The notes: generated from the sequence alone by a model not told the origin. 63,913 nt of DNA, filler included, from Reticulomyxa filosa (GCA_000512085.1; 19 parts of 19 records of this genome joined end to end with filler, not necessarily neighbours in it), one strand, 5' to 3'. Counted from the whole stretch's first letter, positions 50,221 through 63,420 are shown. Program-made: numbers and translations.

Positions 50221-50928
50221 ATGCTTTCATTTTTGTTGGGGTTTTCTTGTTTATATATTTCTCTCGCAAATAGTGTGGAGGAGCAGAAGGAATGTCTGTT
50301 GTTGTTTGAACATCCATTGCTGCAACTGTTTTCCAAAGACACGTTCATTCGTCAACGTCCGGTGCGAACGGAGCATGGGAGTCAATCCATCATAATCAAA
50401 AAGAAATAATGGAGTCATATTCATTGTATTTTGAAGCGCTAAATCTCTATTTGACAAACGTAGACCACAACATGTCGGAGTTTTCACGCATCCCTTTTGT
50501 GTTGCCATACATAAAAGACTCATTTTTTCAAAAGCATTGCCCGAATGGAATAGAGCAATGGAACATAAGTACGTTTGAACTAAAAATTGGAGAGCATGTG
50601 GACCTCTACGTCAATTTGGACAAAACAACAGAAGCAAACGTGAATAATAAAGTATTCAAAACATTCCACGACCATAAACCCTTGGAAAGACTCTTATCTT
50701 CCAAGGCTCCAAAGTTTCATTCGTTTAATACGATGCATCAAACGACAAACATTTCAGACATATTATCATCTCCATCCAAACCCCAGTATTCTGCTGCTTA
50801 CTTGGCCATGACATGGAGCCAGCTGTCACTCAAGATCAATCGTGCACAAGAGATCGATCGCGACATGCGCTGCATGCACGTGCTTCAAACTGACTCCATA
50901 TCTCCGGATTTTAAACAAAAATACTCAG
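50221..50928 (+). CDS. Hypothetical secreted protein (3' partial)
   Basis: Signal-peptide-like 'MLSFLLGFSCLYISLANS'. Joins ORF 50409-51053 with a 1-bp fix at the A-run ~50400. Confidence 0.5.
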
Positions 50929-50959
50929 TTACGTTATTTTTAGGATCAACACATACACT

Positions 50960-50994
<35 letters not shown>

Positions 50995-51619
50995 AACCCC
51001 CTTTTNNNNNNNNNNNNNNNNNNNNNNNNNNNNNNNNNNNNNNNNNNNNTTAATTAATTAANNNNNNNNNNNNNNNNNNNNNNNNNNNNNNNNNNNNNNN
51101 NNNNNATCAGGAAGGTAAGAATCGATATTCATTGAAACTACAATTATTTCTTGTTAATTATTTCATTCATGATTTTTTGTGATATTTCTTTTATTTTCTC
51201 TTTTTATTTCAAGTTTTCATTGACTGTTTTGAAACATGACAAACACTTTTCAATACCACAATAATAGTATTGGTTAGTTTTGTTTGCTCATGTATATTTT
51301 TACAAACAAGTGATTCAAATAAAAATCATTTGTTGTAATATTAATAATGCTTTCCAAAGTCTGAGCAGGGATTACAGCTGTATGACTTTACACAAAAAGT
51401 TTTAGAACAAAAACTCCTACCATTGTATAATGCAAAGAAACGAAATGATGTATATGCGGACTTTGTTTAGATATTCATTTTACATTTTTCTAAGAATATG
51501 TTTTAACCAAATCAAAAATGTTTATATAAAAATTTTTGTTTTCTCAAAAATGGTCATGTAAGTCCCCTTTTAAAAAATTAAAAAATACTTAAAAATACTT
51601 TGTCAACATTAGCAACATG

Positions 51620-52245
51620 GATCAAAATACAACACAAAAATCTCTGAAAATTCCAAGAATTAGGTTATGAATCGTGTTGGGTGGAAATCAGCTGCACATG
51701 CCAAAGAAAATCAGTCATGTTCTGTAGTATATACAACAACTTGAAGAAGAGTAATGTTTATTACAAAGGTTCTGAAGAAAATTCATTATTCACAGAAGAT
51801 TGGAACAGGCATTGGACGAGTGAAAGTAATGAAACGGAGCTTCATAAGCATCCGAAACGATTATTTCGTAGACTGATTGAAGCTAAGTCATTTGAAAAGA
51901 TTGTGCTCCACAAGTTGGAAGCTCACAAGCGAAGATTTATTTGCAGAATCATCACTGGCAAAGTGGGACTGAATGATTTTCTATTCAAGATCAAACGAGA
52001 ATACACACAGATTGCAAGCGGTGCGAAGGAGAAGAGGAAACAGTGGAGCACTTTCTGATTGAATGCTTGCATATGAAGGACTTAGAGATTTATGGCGGAC
52101 ATCAATCAAGGCATTGTTGCCGCATTTGCAATTCGAGACATCGAACATGTGGAGTTTGGTGGTCGGTGACAAGATATGTGATACTAACATAGAATCAAAG
52201 TTGTTAAGGAACTTGCAAAGTTCATTGTGACAACGGAAGAAAGAT
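51620..52245 (+). mobile_element. Non-LTR retrotransposon 3' relic
   Basis: 'RFICRIITGKVGLNDFLFKI' followed, frameshifted, by 'CKRCEGEEETVEHFLIEC'. Same family as 39022-39496. Confidence 0.85.
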
Positions 52246-52269
52246 ATAGAATTATATTTTATACATATG

Positions 52270-52500
52270 GTCATACAATGAAATTATGGAATACGTTATC
52301 TAATGAACAAATTCAGATATTTGAAGATCCCACATATATGATACATTTCACCAGATGATTCTAAATTTGCATCATATTCAGATGATAATACAATACAATT
52401 ATGGGATATATAATCTGGAAAATAACTTTTTTCATGCAAAATAAGTGTATATTTAATAAAAGTAATATTTTCTCCAGATGACACCACAATTGCGTCTTGT
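52270..52500 (+). pseudogene. WD40 pseudogene fragment
   Basis: 'FSPDDSKFASYSDDNTIQLWDI*SGK' and 'FSPDDTTIASC', with stops. Confidence 0.7.
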
Positions 52501-52869
52501 TTAGATTATAAGAAATATAAAAAATACTGATAATGCACACTTTTGTCTTTTTCACTTTATACTGTTTGAGTGTTCGATACTATACAAAAGACAATATCAA
52601 ATAGACATAAAAAAATAGTAATAATCTCCAATGAAAAAACATAACACGAATATCTTGCAATTTATTTGCTATTTAAATACAATTTGCTATGCTTTTGAAT
52701 TCTTTGAAAATATTGAATGAAGCTATTTAAATTTTTTTAAACAAAGTAAAATAAAACACATCCTTCAATGCTTGCATTCAATCAAATCAAACAAGTTTAA
52801 TATCAACTTAATTTCCTTTTACTCAAACTTTTCAAACAAAAACATTTCTTATTCCACAAAAAAAGGCAA

Positions 52870-53074
52870 TTATCCATAAATACGAATGGGACCATTCTTT
52901 GAACCATAACACAAATTCAAATCATATATGCCATTCTTTGTATTCTCTTTCTTTTTCAATAAAATACATTTAAGACAGTATATTCCATTATCTTCTTTAT
53001 CATCTCCTTTGATTATATACAATTGATTCTTATTTGATCGAATATCCCAAAAACGAATTGTATTATCTTGGGAT
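52870..53074 (-). CDS. WD40-repeat protein C-terminus (5' partial)
   Basis: 'SQDNTIRFWDIRSNKNQLYIIKGDDKEDNGIYCLK...LNLCYGSKNGPIRIYG*'. Paralog of 6343-6970 and 7559-8979. Confidence 0.9.
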
Positions 53075-53174
53075 NNNNNNNNNNNNNNNNNNNNNNNNNN
53101 NNNNNNNNNNNNNNNNNNTTAATTAATTAANNNNNNNNNNNNNNNNNNNNNNNNNNNNNNNNNNNNNNNNNNNN

Positions 53175-53929
53175 CGGCCGTCGGCTTCGCGGATTTTCAG
53201 CGCCTGCAGGCTGGCAGGCAGCGCGCCGGCCAGCTTCAGCGAGATTTCGCGGCTGGCGCTATGGGCCAGCAGCTTGTCTTTGTTCTCCAGCGCCAGCAGC
53301 TTGCCTTTTTTCATCATGGCGATGCGGCTGCACAAGGTTTCGGCTTCTTCCAGATAGTGGGTGGTCAGCACGATGGTATGGCCGGCGTTGTTCAGCTCCT
53401 GCACGAAGGCCCACAGGCTCTGGCGCAGTTCCACGTCCACGCCGGCGGTAGGTTCGTCCAGCACGATCACCGGCGGGCGGTGGACCAGCGCCTGCGCCAC
53501 CATCACGCGGCGCTTCATGCCGCCGGACAGCGCGCGCATATTGGTGCCGGCCTTGTCGGTGAGGCCCAGCTTGTGCAGCAGTTCGTCGATCCAGGCGTCG
53601 TTGCGGCGGATACCGAAATAGCCGGACTGGAACACCAGGGCTTCGCGGACGCTGAAAAAGGGGTCGAATACCAGTTCCTGCGGCACCACGCCCAGCGTCA
53701 TACGGGCGCTGCGGGCGTCGCGGACGGTGTCGTGGCCCATGATGCGGATGTGGCCGCTATCGGGGCGCGACAAACCGGCCATGGCCGAAATCAGGGTGGT
53801 CTTGCCGGCACCGTTGGGGCCGAGCAGGGCGAAGAACTCGCCTTGTTCTACGGTAAAGCTGATGTCATCCAGTGCCTGCAAGCTGCCAAAGCGCTTGCTG
53901 ACAGACTCGATGCTGATCGCGTGGGTCAT
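53175..53929 (-). CDS. Bacterial ABC transporter ATP-binding protein (ABC-2 type, YadG-like; 3' partial)
   Basis: Walker A GPNGAGKT, Q-loop VPQE, signature LSGGMKRR, Walker B IVLDEP, H-loop TTH. GC-rich and intronless. ATG at 53929. Confidence 0.95.
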
Positions 53930-53975
53930 GAACGGAGCGTGTGGATAAAAGCGGAAAGCGCGGAGTATACGCCAA

Positions 53976-54402
53976 TCAGGCGGCGGGTGCAGCGTCCTGT
54001 AGCCAGCATTCGTCACGGAAAATCCCGACAAAATAAGGGCTTAACATGGCAGATAGATGGCGGTGGATGGTGTCGTTATCAATGGCGATCATCCAGCTGT
54101 GGCACAGGCCACCGTACAGCGAGTGCAGGCCGATGGCGGCGAGGGCGGGAACAATCCCCGGCCGCAGTAGTCCCTGACTGCCGGCTTCTTCCAGCACCCT
54201 TGTCAGTTGGGCTTCTTTTTCCTGGGTCCAGCTCAGTTGCTCCAGCAGCAGCGGCGCCATCTCGCCCACCTGTTCGCAACCGATGTGGTGGATAGCGCAG
54301 ATGCGGCGCATGCGCTGGTCGTGGTACAGCAGGTCGAACATGGCGTGCACATGGCGCCACAGCCGCGCCGCCGGGTTGTAACGCGTATCGAGCAGAATGC
54401 CG
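53976..54402 (-). CDS. Bacterial TetR/AcrR-family regulator C-terminal domain (5' partial)
   Basis: 'AGSQGLLRPGIVPALAAIGLHSLYGGLCHSWM' resembles AcrR-type C-terminal helices. The HTH would lie beyond the contig end. Confidence 0.6.
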
Positions 54403-54502
54403 NNNNNNNNNNNNNNNNNNNNNNNNNNNNNNNNNNNNNNNNNNNNTTAATTAATTAANNNNNNNNNNNNNNNNNNNNNNNNNNNNNNNNNNNNNNNNNN
54501 NN

Positions 54503-55020
54503 CACTCTTAAGGCTAAACAATGATCGATACCCTCTCACACAAGTCGCCCGTTGCCAGTAAAAGAGTTATTATCTAAGTTACCAGAAGTTTGCACCACGG
54601 TACACTTAAAGCAACTGAGGACAAGATACGTGTAAGTTTAAAAGCACTTCCACCTCAAAGCACACACTAGATGCTGAACCGACGACGAAATCCCCAAAAA
54701 TGAATTGCAAAAAAAAACGTTGTCAAAGGGTAACAAAATGGTTTACAGTCACACTCCAGCCACAATCTCACAAAATCCAACAACTATAAAAAAATTTTTA
54801 CTAGTTAAAAATTTTCTAGTTAGAATTTTCTTTCTTTCTTTCTTGGTCCGGAACTTTCTTGGACTAGAGGACGTTTGAAATACTTTAACTTACTTTCAAA
54901 ATCTCCTTCAAAACTCAAGAGATATCGATATATCTTGACACTTCCAACCGTAATCTCTTTCAAGATACAACTTTTTGAGAAAAGTTAATATTAATGATGA
55001 AGTTGATAAATATTAATTTA
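54503..55020 (-). repeat. Dispersed repeat, same family as 4945-6242
   Basis: The reverse complement closely matches 5935-6242 and, more divergently, 5160-5431. Confidence 0.85.
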
Positions 55021-55189
55021 TTTCCTGGCCTTCAAAAATCTTTTCTTTGGTTTCAGGGTCTTCGATGATTTTTCTTTGGTTTGGACCTTCAGTGGCCTTT
55101 TCTTGCTCGGAGTCTGCTTCTCATCGCACGTTACTGGCGCGATTGCTTTCTTCGCATCTTAATGAGATGCCTAGTCGCGATGATTAGAT

Positions 55190-55300
55190 GTATTTTTGCA
55201 TTCTGCCACTCCCTTTCGCTCGGTTGTTACCCACTGTTGCTTTTAGTTAGCCAATGATGATATAGTGATTCAATGTGGAATGTTCGCTGATGACTTGATC
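55190..55300 (+). mobile_element. Reverse transcriptase relic
   Basis: 'NDDIVIQCGMFADDL' (FADD catalytic motif), preceded by a degenerate 'PLL' segment. Confidence 0.6.
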
Positions 55301-55633
55301 TTAAAAAAAAATTGATTAAATGTTTTTTATGAAGATAATCGATCATCTTCATTCAACTTTCTTTTTTATTTTGCTGTAGCAACAAGAGTGTTTTAGCTGT
55401 GTAATATCATATTATTCTTAAATGATTATTTATTACTATATTGGCTTTTTAGTTGTTGTTTTTACAAACAGCTAGATTTAATTATTTATTGGAATTAATT
55501 TGTGTGGTCCAATCTTTATAACAAGAATTTCCACATATCAACAATATTCAATAATAAGATGTTTAACTTTTTATTGACATTCTTATATTTACTGATAAGT
55601 CAAAAAGTTCCTGAATATTGCAAAAAAAGATAT

Positions 55634-56816
55634 CTATATGCTGTATTTAAAGATAATTTGACCAAAATCATTGATCCATCCAAATTTTATTTGTAAAACT
55701 CGAACCCAATATCGAATGATCAGCTTTATTTCATTTTTCGACTGTTCATTATTTACAATATAATTTATTTATGTTTCATCAAAATAAACAAATTATTACC
55801 AACAGTGAAGGGTCCCATACACGCACTTTAGTCTTTATGTGAGTTGACAATGTGTTATATTTGTCATCATTTCCTCCAATGATGTGTATATGATTGTCCT
55901 CTTCACTCAATATTGCAGCACAACCAAACAATGGACTTTGTAAAGTGTTTTCAAATGTCATCCATTTGTTTTCTCGAATTGAATACTTTTGCACTGATTT
56001 TGAAACAACGGCATTAGTACAATAATTACCATTCCATCCACCAAAGAAGAAAATAACATCATTAATACACACATATGCGCAATAATAAAATGGTAAAATA
56101 TCATCACAAACAGATATTTGATGAAATTGAAAAGTGTTGTTATCTTCAGCATATTCAATTGATATTCCTCCCCTTCTACAAAACAACAGCATTTGATATT
56201 TTTGTTTATTTATTTTCATCATTTCTTGTCCTTGTCCATTTTCTGTATTTAATACAAAGCAATGGTATTGAACATAATCACTTGTTGGTAAAGTATCATG
56301 TTTTATAAATTGAAATGTATTCAAATCAAATACACTAATATTATTTTTGTAATAAGTGATAAATAACAAATTATTGTTGATCCCGCCAATCACTGCACGC
56401 ACTCCTCGATACTCATTATCTCTTCCAATGACAATTGGATGCTTGTGATTGTCTGTGAAAGGAACCCATTGATTGTAATTGTTTGCTTTCTTATTTTTTT
56501 TTGATATATTACTCCAAATACTTACATATTTCATCACCAATGTATGTCCATATAATCCACCAAAAGACAACAAAGTGATTTGATTTCTGTCTTTATTGTT
56601 GTTATCTGCCAGTTTCACTACACAGTGTTCAATTAATTGAACATGACTTGGATATTCACAGATAAACTTGTACTCATTTTTGATTGTATGATAAGAATAA
56701 CAAGCTCTTTGTTCAATACCTCCACAAATGAGAAGTTCGTGTTTGTGTATCACACATCGAGTTTCAGAAAGAGTAGTGGGCAACTCCTTTAAAGTTTGAA
56801 AGGTTTGGTTGCTCAT
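55634..56816 (-). CDS. Kelch-like beta-propeller protein (exons 56816-55800 and 55741-55634)
   Basis: Repeated 'LLICGG', 'LSFGG', 'IFFFGGW', 'IHIIGG' and 'YS...NKW'. A 58-nt phase-0 GT-AG intron adds SKNEIKLIIRYWVRVLQIKFGWINDFGQIIFKYSI*. Confidence 0.88.
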
Positions 56817-57949
56817 GTTGTTAATGTTGAGAAACTATGAAGTAGTTTAAATTTTTTTAAAAGGGGGAATACTATACAAAAGTCGTTTGAACATTGAAAA
56901 CAAAGCAAGATTAACTTTAAAATCATTTTGTTCGCGTTAAAATGCAATTGAAAAACAAAAAGGTTTTTATTTTAAAGAGAGTAAATGAAAAAAGATAATA
57001 ATATGATTGGAAGAGCTCAAAAATATTTTATCACACTTAAAAAATGAATGATCATGTATGTGACTTTAAAGCCAACGGCTTGACAGCTAACAAAGATTTT
57101 GTCTTTTAAACTGAATTATACAAACAAGGAAAATTTCTTATTTCGAAATAATATTTTTTCAGCATCTTTATTTTCTCTTTCAAGTTAATATTTATTATTT
57201 TGGAATTTGATCATCATACACTTTTCTTTTAAAAATCCTTATTAAAATAAGCAAAATAAAAATTTTTTAATTTGATTTGTTTTTATCCACATTTTTTTAT
57301 CCTTTCAATAAATGGCAAACCATTGTTTACAATATTCAGTGTTGCATGTTTAAACGTCGTTTGATTTTTGTGTTTCTNNNNNNNNNNNNNNNNNNNNNNN
57401 NNNNNNNNNNNNNNNNNNNNNTTAATTAATTAANNNNNNNNNNNNNNNNNNNNNNNNNNNNNNNNNNNNNNNNNNNNTCTTTGGTATACTTCGTCCTAAA
57501 GCCTCACTTGTGTCACTTTTACTCAAATTTTGTGTATTAAGACTACCCATAAGATTACTTTTTCAGTTTTTGAAAAGCATAACATTTAATAGTACTGGAA
57601 AAAATATGAAACTTGGCTAACACAATCACGGAAGACGTCACTGTTAGATTTATTGTTGGAAGAAACAAATTTAGCATTGGAAAAACTCTTTGAAATACGA
57701 AAAACCCAATATTGTTCTTTTTACTAGTTTTTGAAGGGTAGTATCTTTGAAAACACACAAAAAAAAACACTATCTATCGTCGATATCAGGTTTGCTAACT
57801 GAAGTTGTTTGTTGGAAAGGACGTTTATCTGACAAAGATACATCAATATCTGCTTAGATTTAAAGTTCATTTTGAAAATTTTTTTTGGAGAAATGAAGTA
57901 AAGCAAAAGTCAAAAAAATAAGCAATTATTTTCAATTGACTAGACAACA

Positions 57950-60410
57950 TTGCAAAATTTGTCTGTTCAAGTCAATTTCCTGCTCAATAGAAAGAAAAAA
58001 GTCAATCACAATTTCTACATGTGTCTTCTAGCAATGGAAACAGAAACTAATTAATGCAGATATGGTCAATCGATGTGAAAACTCAAGAGATGTTAAAAGC
58101 AAAATTAGTGATGTCAAGAATCACAAACACATACAACAAAAACCTTTAAACAAGTAGAAAAAAATGAACTTATAATAGCAAGTATTTCATGTCCAAGAGT
58201 ATTTGACATCTGAAAATGCACGAACATTGTCAAACAGACTGTAAGAATGGAGAAATAATATTCGACAGTTATGTCAATGACAAACAGCAATTGAATGTTG
58301 CAGTGTAACAATTGACAGATTGTATCATTAGTCATACAAAGATTAATATTGGAACCAGGTCAGTGTAGAAAGAAATAAATCGTTGTGGAGTGATTCGTTG
58401 CACAAGAAGCGCAAGAAAGTACACTAATTGAAAAGGGCATTTTGGCGCAATCACAATAAAGAAAATTACAACAATTACAAATAAGTAACTGATTTGCTGA
58501 AAAGAAAGTTTAGTCAATTTAAGCAATAGTACATGATCAAAAGCATTCAGAATCTGGAGATGATAATTCCAGCTAACTGTTTTCGCAGTTTATGTCGATG
58601 AATACCAACAAAATTATAGTTATTCTATCAATTATTTGTACTGGAATTGATTCAATTGCAAAGACAGGTTCGGAGAAGGCTGAGTTGTTGGTGTCATGGT
58701 TTTCACAGACACACTAGCTACATGGATAATATGATGAAATTAAATAGTGTTTCTAGCTCGTCGAAGAAGTTATTGAATCAGCAGGAAATAATGATATATC
58801 ACGAACTTAATGATTTTCATGACATAATTATTGACATACACCAAAAAGATATCACAGAAAAAGAAAATGATAGAAACATTATGACACATAATATCACAAG
58901 GCAAATGACTATAGAATATTTAAAAATCAATTATATATTCGTTGGTTCTACTGTTCGATTGGAGTTTCAAGATTGGCTACGTTCTAAGATTGTAGGAACA
59001 TATGAGTTATTGCTGTGACTGACAAAATTGATCAATGCATCATTTGACAACAAAGCAGTTGCTTATCTGTTGGATATTTCTTCGACTTATGTCATAGTGT
59101 CGATAGATGGATTGAGATACATAATGATGAAAGATTTTGAATTAAGAGTGGTGATGTACTAGTAGATGAACAGCTTCATCAAAGACAGATTGGAACATGT
59201 AGTGCTGAATGGAATAATCTCAAATGAACAAATATTCGAAACATGAGTACTATAATGATCGTCACTGTCGCCGCTGTTATTTCTGTTGTAAATCAACGAT
59301 ATCACACAAGCAGTCCAGCGCCCGATTCAGTTCGGTATGTTTGCAGACAACGTGGCATTGTGGACATCCATTAACACGAGTGATGAAAAAGAGATTGGGT
59401 TGCAGTTGGATCAGTTGCAGTAGAATTTGGACATTATATCAAGATAAAGAACAAGATAAATATCCAAGAACGAAACTACTGCTAAATGGAATAGACATCC
59501 AAGGGGCATATCATATTAAATATTTGGGGTTGGTCATAGACTCCAAGATGACATTTTAACATTCATCTGCTCATACAAGGGAATTCATTGTACAAAATTG
59601 TTATACACAACAATCATTAGCCAATCATTGGAGTATGCATGCACAATCTGGAACGGAGCCGCTAAATCGCACAAATAACAGCCCAACAGGGTCCAAAGAA
59701 TTTCAAAGTACAAGATCATTGGGGTAATGAACCAAACAGCGTACAACCATGTGGATTTGATATCACAGTTTCTTCCATTGAAACTAAGAAAGAAGCAATA
59801 AGAAGTGAAGTTGATTCAGAAATGCGTCAGATGGAGCAATGAGTTCACTTATCACAAACTGACAATTGCATACCAATTGATGAGATCAGTTTGGAGTTGA
59901 AAATTATATAATTTCTCAGTGCATAAACATAAATGTCAGAAATCAGGATTCCAAGATTGGATCACGATGAGATAATATATTATAACAAAACACCAAATCA
60001 AACTTCTAGACTCCACACTCCAGCAAGTCACCATTTGAAAAATGGAGCAAGCCAACACAAGAGCAGATATTAGCATCACTGGACGGCAAGATTATTGTGA
60101 TATTTACAGGTGTGAGCATCAATACAGAGCCAGGACTGTGTGGCACAGTACTAGTTGTCCAATACTTATAACTACATCAATGGGTTTAGTTGGAGTTCTC
60201 AAATAAAGAGATAACAACAATGATCGCAAGATAGATTGCAAGCACTGAATCATTTGCAAGGATATTACAAAGATAAAGATGCAATTATTGTTATTCTTTC
60301 GGATTGCAAATTTGCTGTGAACACAGTTCACAATAAGTGCAATGCAGAGAATTATAAGTTAAATATAACATACAGTAGGTTGCAAAGAAAACTGAACGCC
60401 TAAAACGGTA
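57950..60410 (+). mobile_element. Heavily decayed non-LTR retrotransposon (RT plus RNase H)
   Basis: 'FGMFADNVALW', 'IKYLGLVIDSKMTF', 'EYACTIWNG', 'PFEKWSKPTQEQILASLD..IVIFT', 'ILSDCKFAVN'. The 5' boundary is approximate. Confidence 0.8.
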
Positions 60411-60888
60411 NNNNNNNNNNNNNNNNNNNNNNNNNNNNNNNNNNNNNNNNNNNNTTAATTAATTAANNNNNNNNNNNNNNNNNNNNNNNNNNNNNNNNNN
60501 NNNNNNNNNNAAAGGTTTGTACATGATGTTCTTAGAAATGTTTGAAAATCGTTAGAAACTAGACACATTTTTTTTTTTAAAGCAAACATGAATCTTTCCA
60601 ACAACAAAAGTAAAACAGTTTTTTTTTCCTAAAAAAAAAAAGCGGACAACAAAATGGCTGTGTTGTACAAAAAGGGATTATGTTAACGTGCAAAAACTTG
60701 CTGTTGAATGGGTTTATCAAAGGGGAAGTGAAGTTTAGCGTGGATTGTACGGACGTATTTAAAAAAAAAAAGATTTTACAAAAAACGTAAATTATCGCAA
60801 CCGAGTTCCTTGTATTGTTATTATTATCAATAATAATATTATCATCATCGTCATCATCATCATCACTAATATGATGACAAAATGATGA

Positions 60889-62705
60889 TTATTTGGAAAC
60901 GTAGGGGAGGCCAGCAAGCGAAAACAAAGTGGCACGTTGAACGGCGTCAAGAGCAACAGGTGAGTTTGGCAGGACACAAGTGTCTTCAACAAAGAGCAAA
61001 AACAGATTGACATGTGGATTCCAACAAAAGTGAGTAAATTGATTGGAACACTGGGCGAAGAGGTTTTTGTTGTCGTCCACTGTTTTCCAAAACAGGAAAC
61101 GTCCCAATAATTGGGTGGCTTGCTCCACATCTCCATTCGACAGACATAACGCAACGTAAATGACATTGGCATCGATTGTGTCATTCCACAAGTTACTAAT
61201 TTTCAATGTTTGCGTTAAGAAACGGTCGTATTCCGACGACGTCAGCAGTATGGTCTGAGTCTTTTCATCTTGGCTTTCAATTTGGGCATTCCAAGCACGT
61301 TTTAACAAAGTGGTGTCACTTGCATTTGCATTCGCATTCGCATTCTCTGTAACATACAAAGATCGTGCGAATACTACGCCTTGATTGATTACCACTCTCT
61401 CATTCTCCGTATCTCTCTCCATTTTTACAACTGGCTCTACTTCTTTATTTCCTTGGTGGGATGATGCCAAGAGCCACGAAACATCGCAGCTTTGGATTCC
61501 CAGAGCCCGACGCATGGAGGGATGGAACTTCAAAACAGAGCCACTCTTTCCTCGGATCTTTCGAGCCACATTTTCGTCATAGTAAGTGTATACGTAGCGA
61601 GCAAAATATCCGAGCATAAACTCGTGTTCGATATTGCGAAACTTGACATTGCGCAAACCGCAGAATAAATGGACAGCACATTTTTGTCGCTGTTCACGCG
61701 CACTTAAAATGTGAATGGCTTGGTGCAAGCAGCAATCGAACCACCTCCACTTTTCGAAAGACTCTCGTTTGGACTTTGCATTTCGAACTACTTTTTGTTG
61801 GAGCATTTGCGACTGCTTTTTACTAAATTGAACGCTGCACGACTTGGTACAGTACAACAGCAGCGCGCAAATGTGAGATAGCGAAAGCGGGAAGCCCATG
61901 CGCTTATGTGCGTTGCAACGAAATACGTATTTCACTTGCTTCAAAAAAACTAACACGTTTTCATTGAGCTTCAATTTGTGGCTATTCTTCGAACTATAGC
62001 GCAGCTCCTTTTTGATAGCCTTTATCTTTTCTGGCTCCAAAGTCACTTTGGAGTCCACCACGTCGCACAAATACCCGTTCGATATGATCTCACAAAGCAA
62101 CGACTTCAGAGTCTGCTCGTCGTTGTTTTCTTCCAACATGCAATTCTTTAGTGTTACATCAAACGTGCTCAGATAGTTGTTGCACATTTTTGTATACGTT
62201 ACAACAGTATCTGTATTCGCATCTGTATTCGTATTCGTATTCGTATTCGTATTTGCACTCGAATTGATAGAGTCATTATAAAAAAAAGGATTGGCATGCA
62301 CAACGGTGCGGACGTCGCTTGGATTGAGATATGGCTCCAAAGTCGGAGTGTCTTGCACCGACGGACACTCGGTGGGCACGACAGAGACTCCAAAGTCGCA
62401 ATAAATCTTCCACGTGACGACGAGGTTGGGAAACAGGCCATGTGTTTGTAAAGGTCGTGCAAGAGCACATTTTGCTCTCCGGAAGGCAAGGCGTCCGAAA
62501 TCGGAGGCTCGCACTCGTTAAAAGCGCAGTGGAAATAGAGCAGCTCGCCCGCGCGAAAGGCCGCGAGATAAAACGTCTGCAGCTGCTTCCTTACGTATTC
62601 CAGAGCCTGTCGCAATGTCGTCGAATACGGATTCAACGCCACTGTCAGTATCTCGCTCTCTTTCTTTGTTGACGCGAAGCACCATTTGCATGCCACTTGA
62701 AACCC
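60889..62705 (-). CDS. ADP-ribosyltransferase-fold-like protein with C-terminal UBA-like helix bundle (5' partial)
   Basis: 'ICALLLYC', 'LHQAIHILS', 'LFCGLRNV', 'YVYTYYDENVA', 'GSVLKF', 'CDVSWL', 'KEVE' follow ART strand order. 'IYVALCLSNGDVEQATQLL' is UBA-like. Frameshift ~62430 joins ORF 62199-62696. Confidence 0.55.
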
Positions 62706-62860
62706 ATTAAATTTCTTTTTTTTTTTTTTGCAAACAAAAAAAAAAAAAAAAAAAAAAAAANNNNNNNNNNNNNNNNNNNNNNNNNNNNNNNNNNNNNNNN
62801 NNNNTTAATTAATTAANNNNNNNNNNNNNNNNNNNNNNNNNNNNNNNNNNNNNNNNNNNN

Positions 62861-63154
62861 ACTGTACTGGTTGCTGCCCGAGGTTTGCCACAGCAGCGAT
62901 ACGTTGTACCACTTGCCGTTCTGGGTAGGCAGTGCCTGTTCTACGCCGGCGACGCCATCCGTCGGATAGTTGCCCAAAGCCAGTGCTTTGGATGGCGTGA
63001 GAAAGTCGTATTGAGTCCAGTTGCCGCTTTGGGTCCAGCTCGTCAAGCCGTTATCAAAGCTGCCATTGCTCACCAGGTTGTAACTTGCCAACGCCGGGGC
63101 GCTGAGGCTGCCGAGTGCCAGTGCCAGTAGCAGAGTGGGAGAAGACAAGCGCAT
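62861..63154 (-). CDS. Bacterial exported protein with carbohydrate-binding/DUF642-like N-terminus (PEP-CTERM-type possible; 3' partial)
   Basis: Signal peptide '...LSAPALA', then 'NLVSNGSFDNGLTSW' and 'VEQALPTQNGKWYNVS'. Confidence 0.65.
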
Positions 63155-63420
63155 CTGTGCGGTCTTTCTTTAGAAATTAGTTTATTGGATTGTATTGGCT
63201 TTTTGAAATTGACAATTGAATATGCTTGTTAAGCGCATCGTTGTCGTGTGAATGGCACGAAAAGGGCTGGCGTGACGGGCGGCTTGCTCCCCACGTGGCT
63301 TAAGCCCGCCGGCCACGGAGGCCAATGCAAGGCGTGGAATTTGCGGCTGTGCAAGGTGCGGCCCGGTGTTGCCGGATCAGTGCAACCCTGTGGCGGCGAG
63401 CCCTGCTTGGCCGCGTCCAT

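Noticed and set aside
53261-54295. 344-aa plus-strand ORF
   Set aside because: Antisense shadow of the GC-rich ABC ATPase and TetR genes.
53175-54402. Horizontal gene transfer of bacterial genes into the host
   Set aside because: The entire contig is bacterial, with no host junction or introns.
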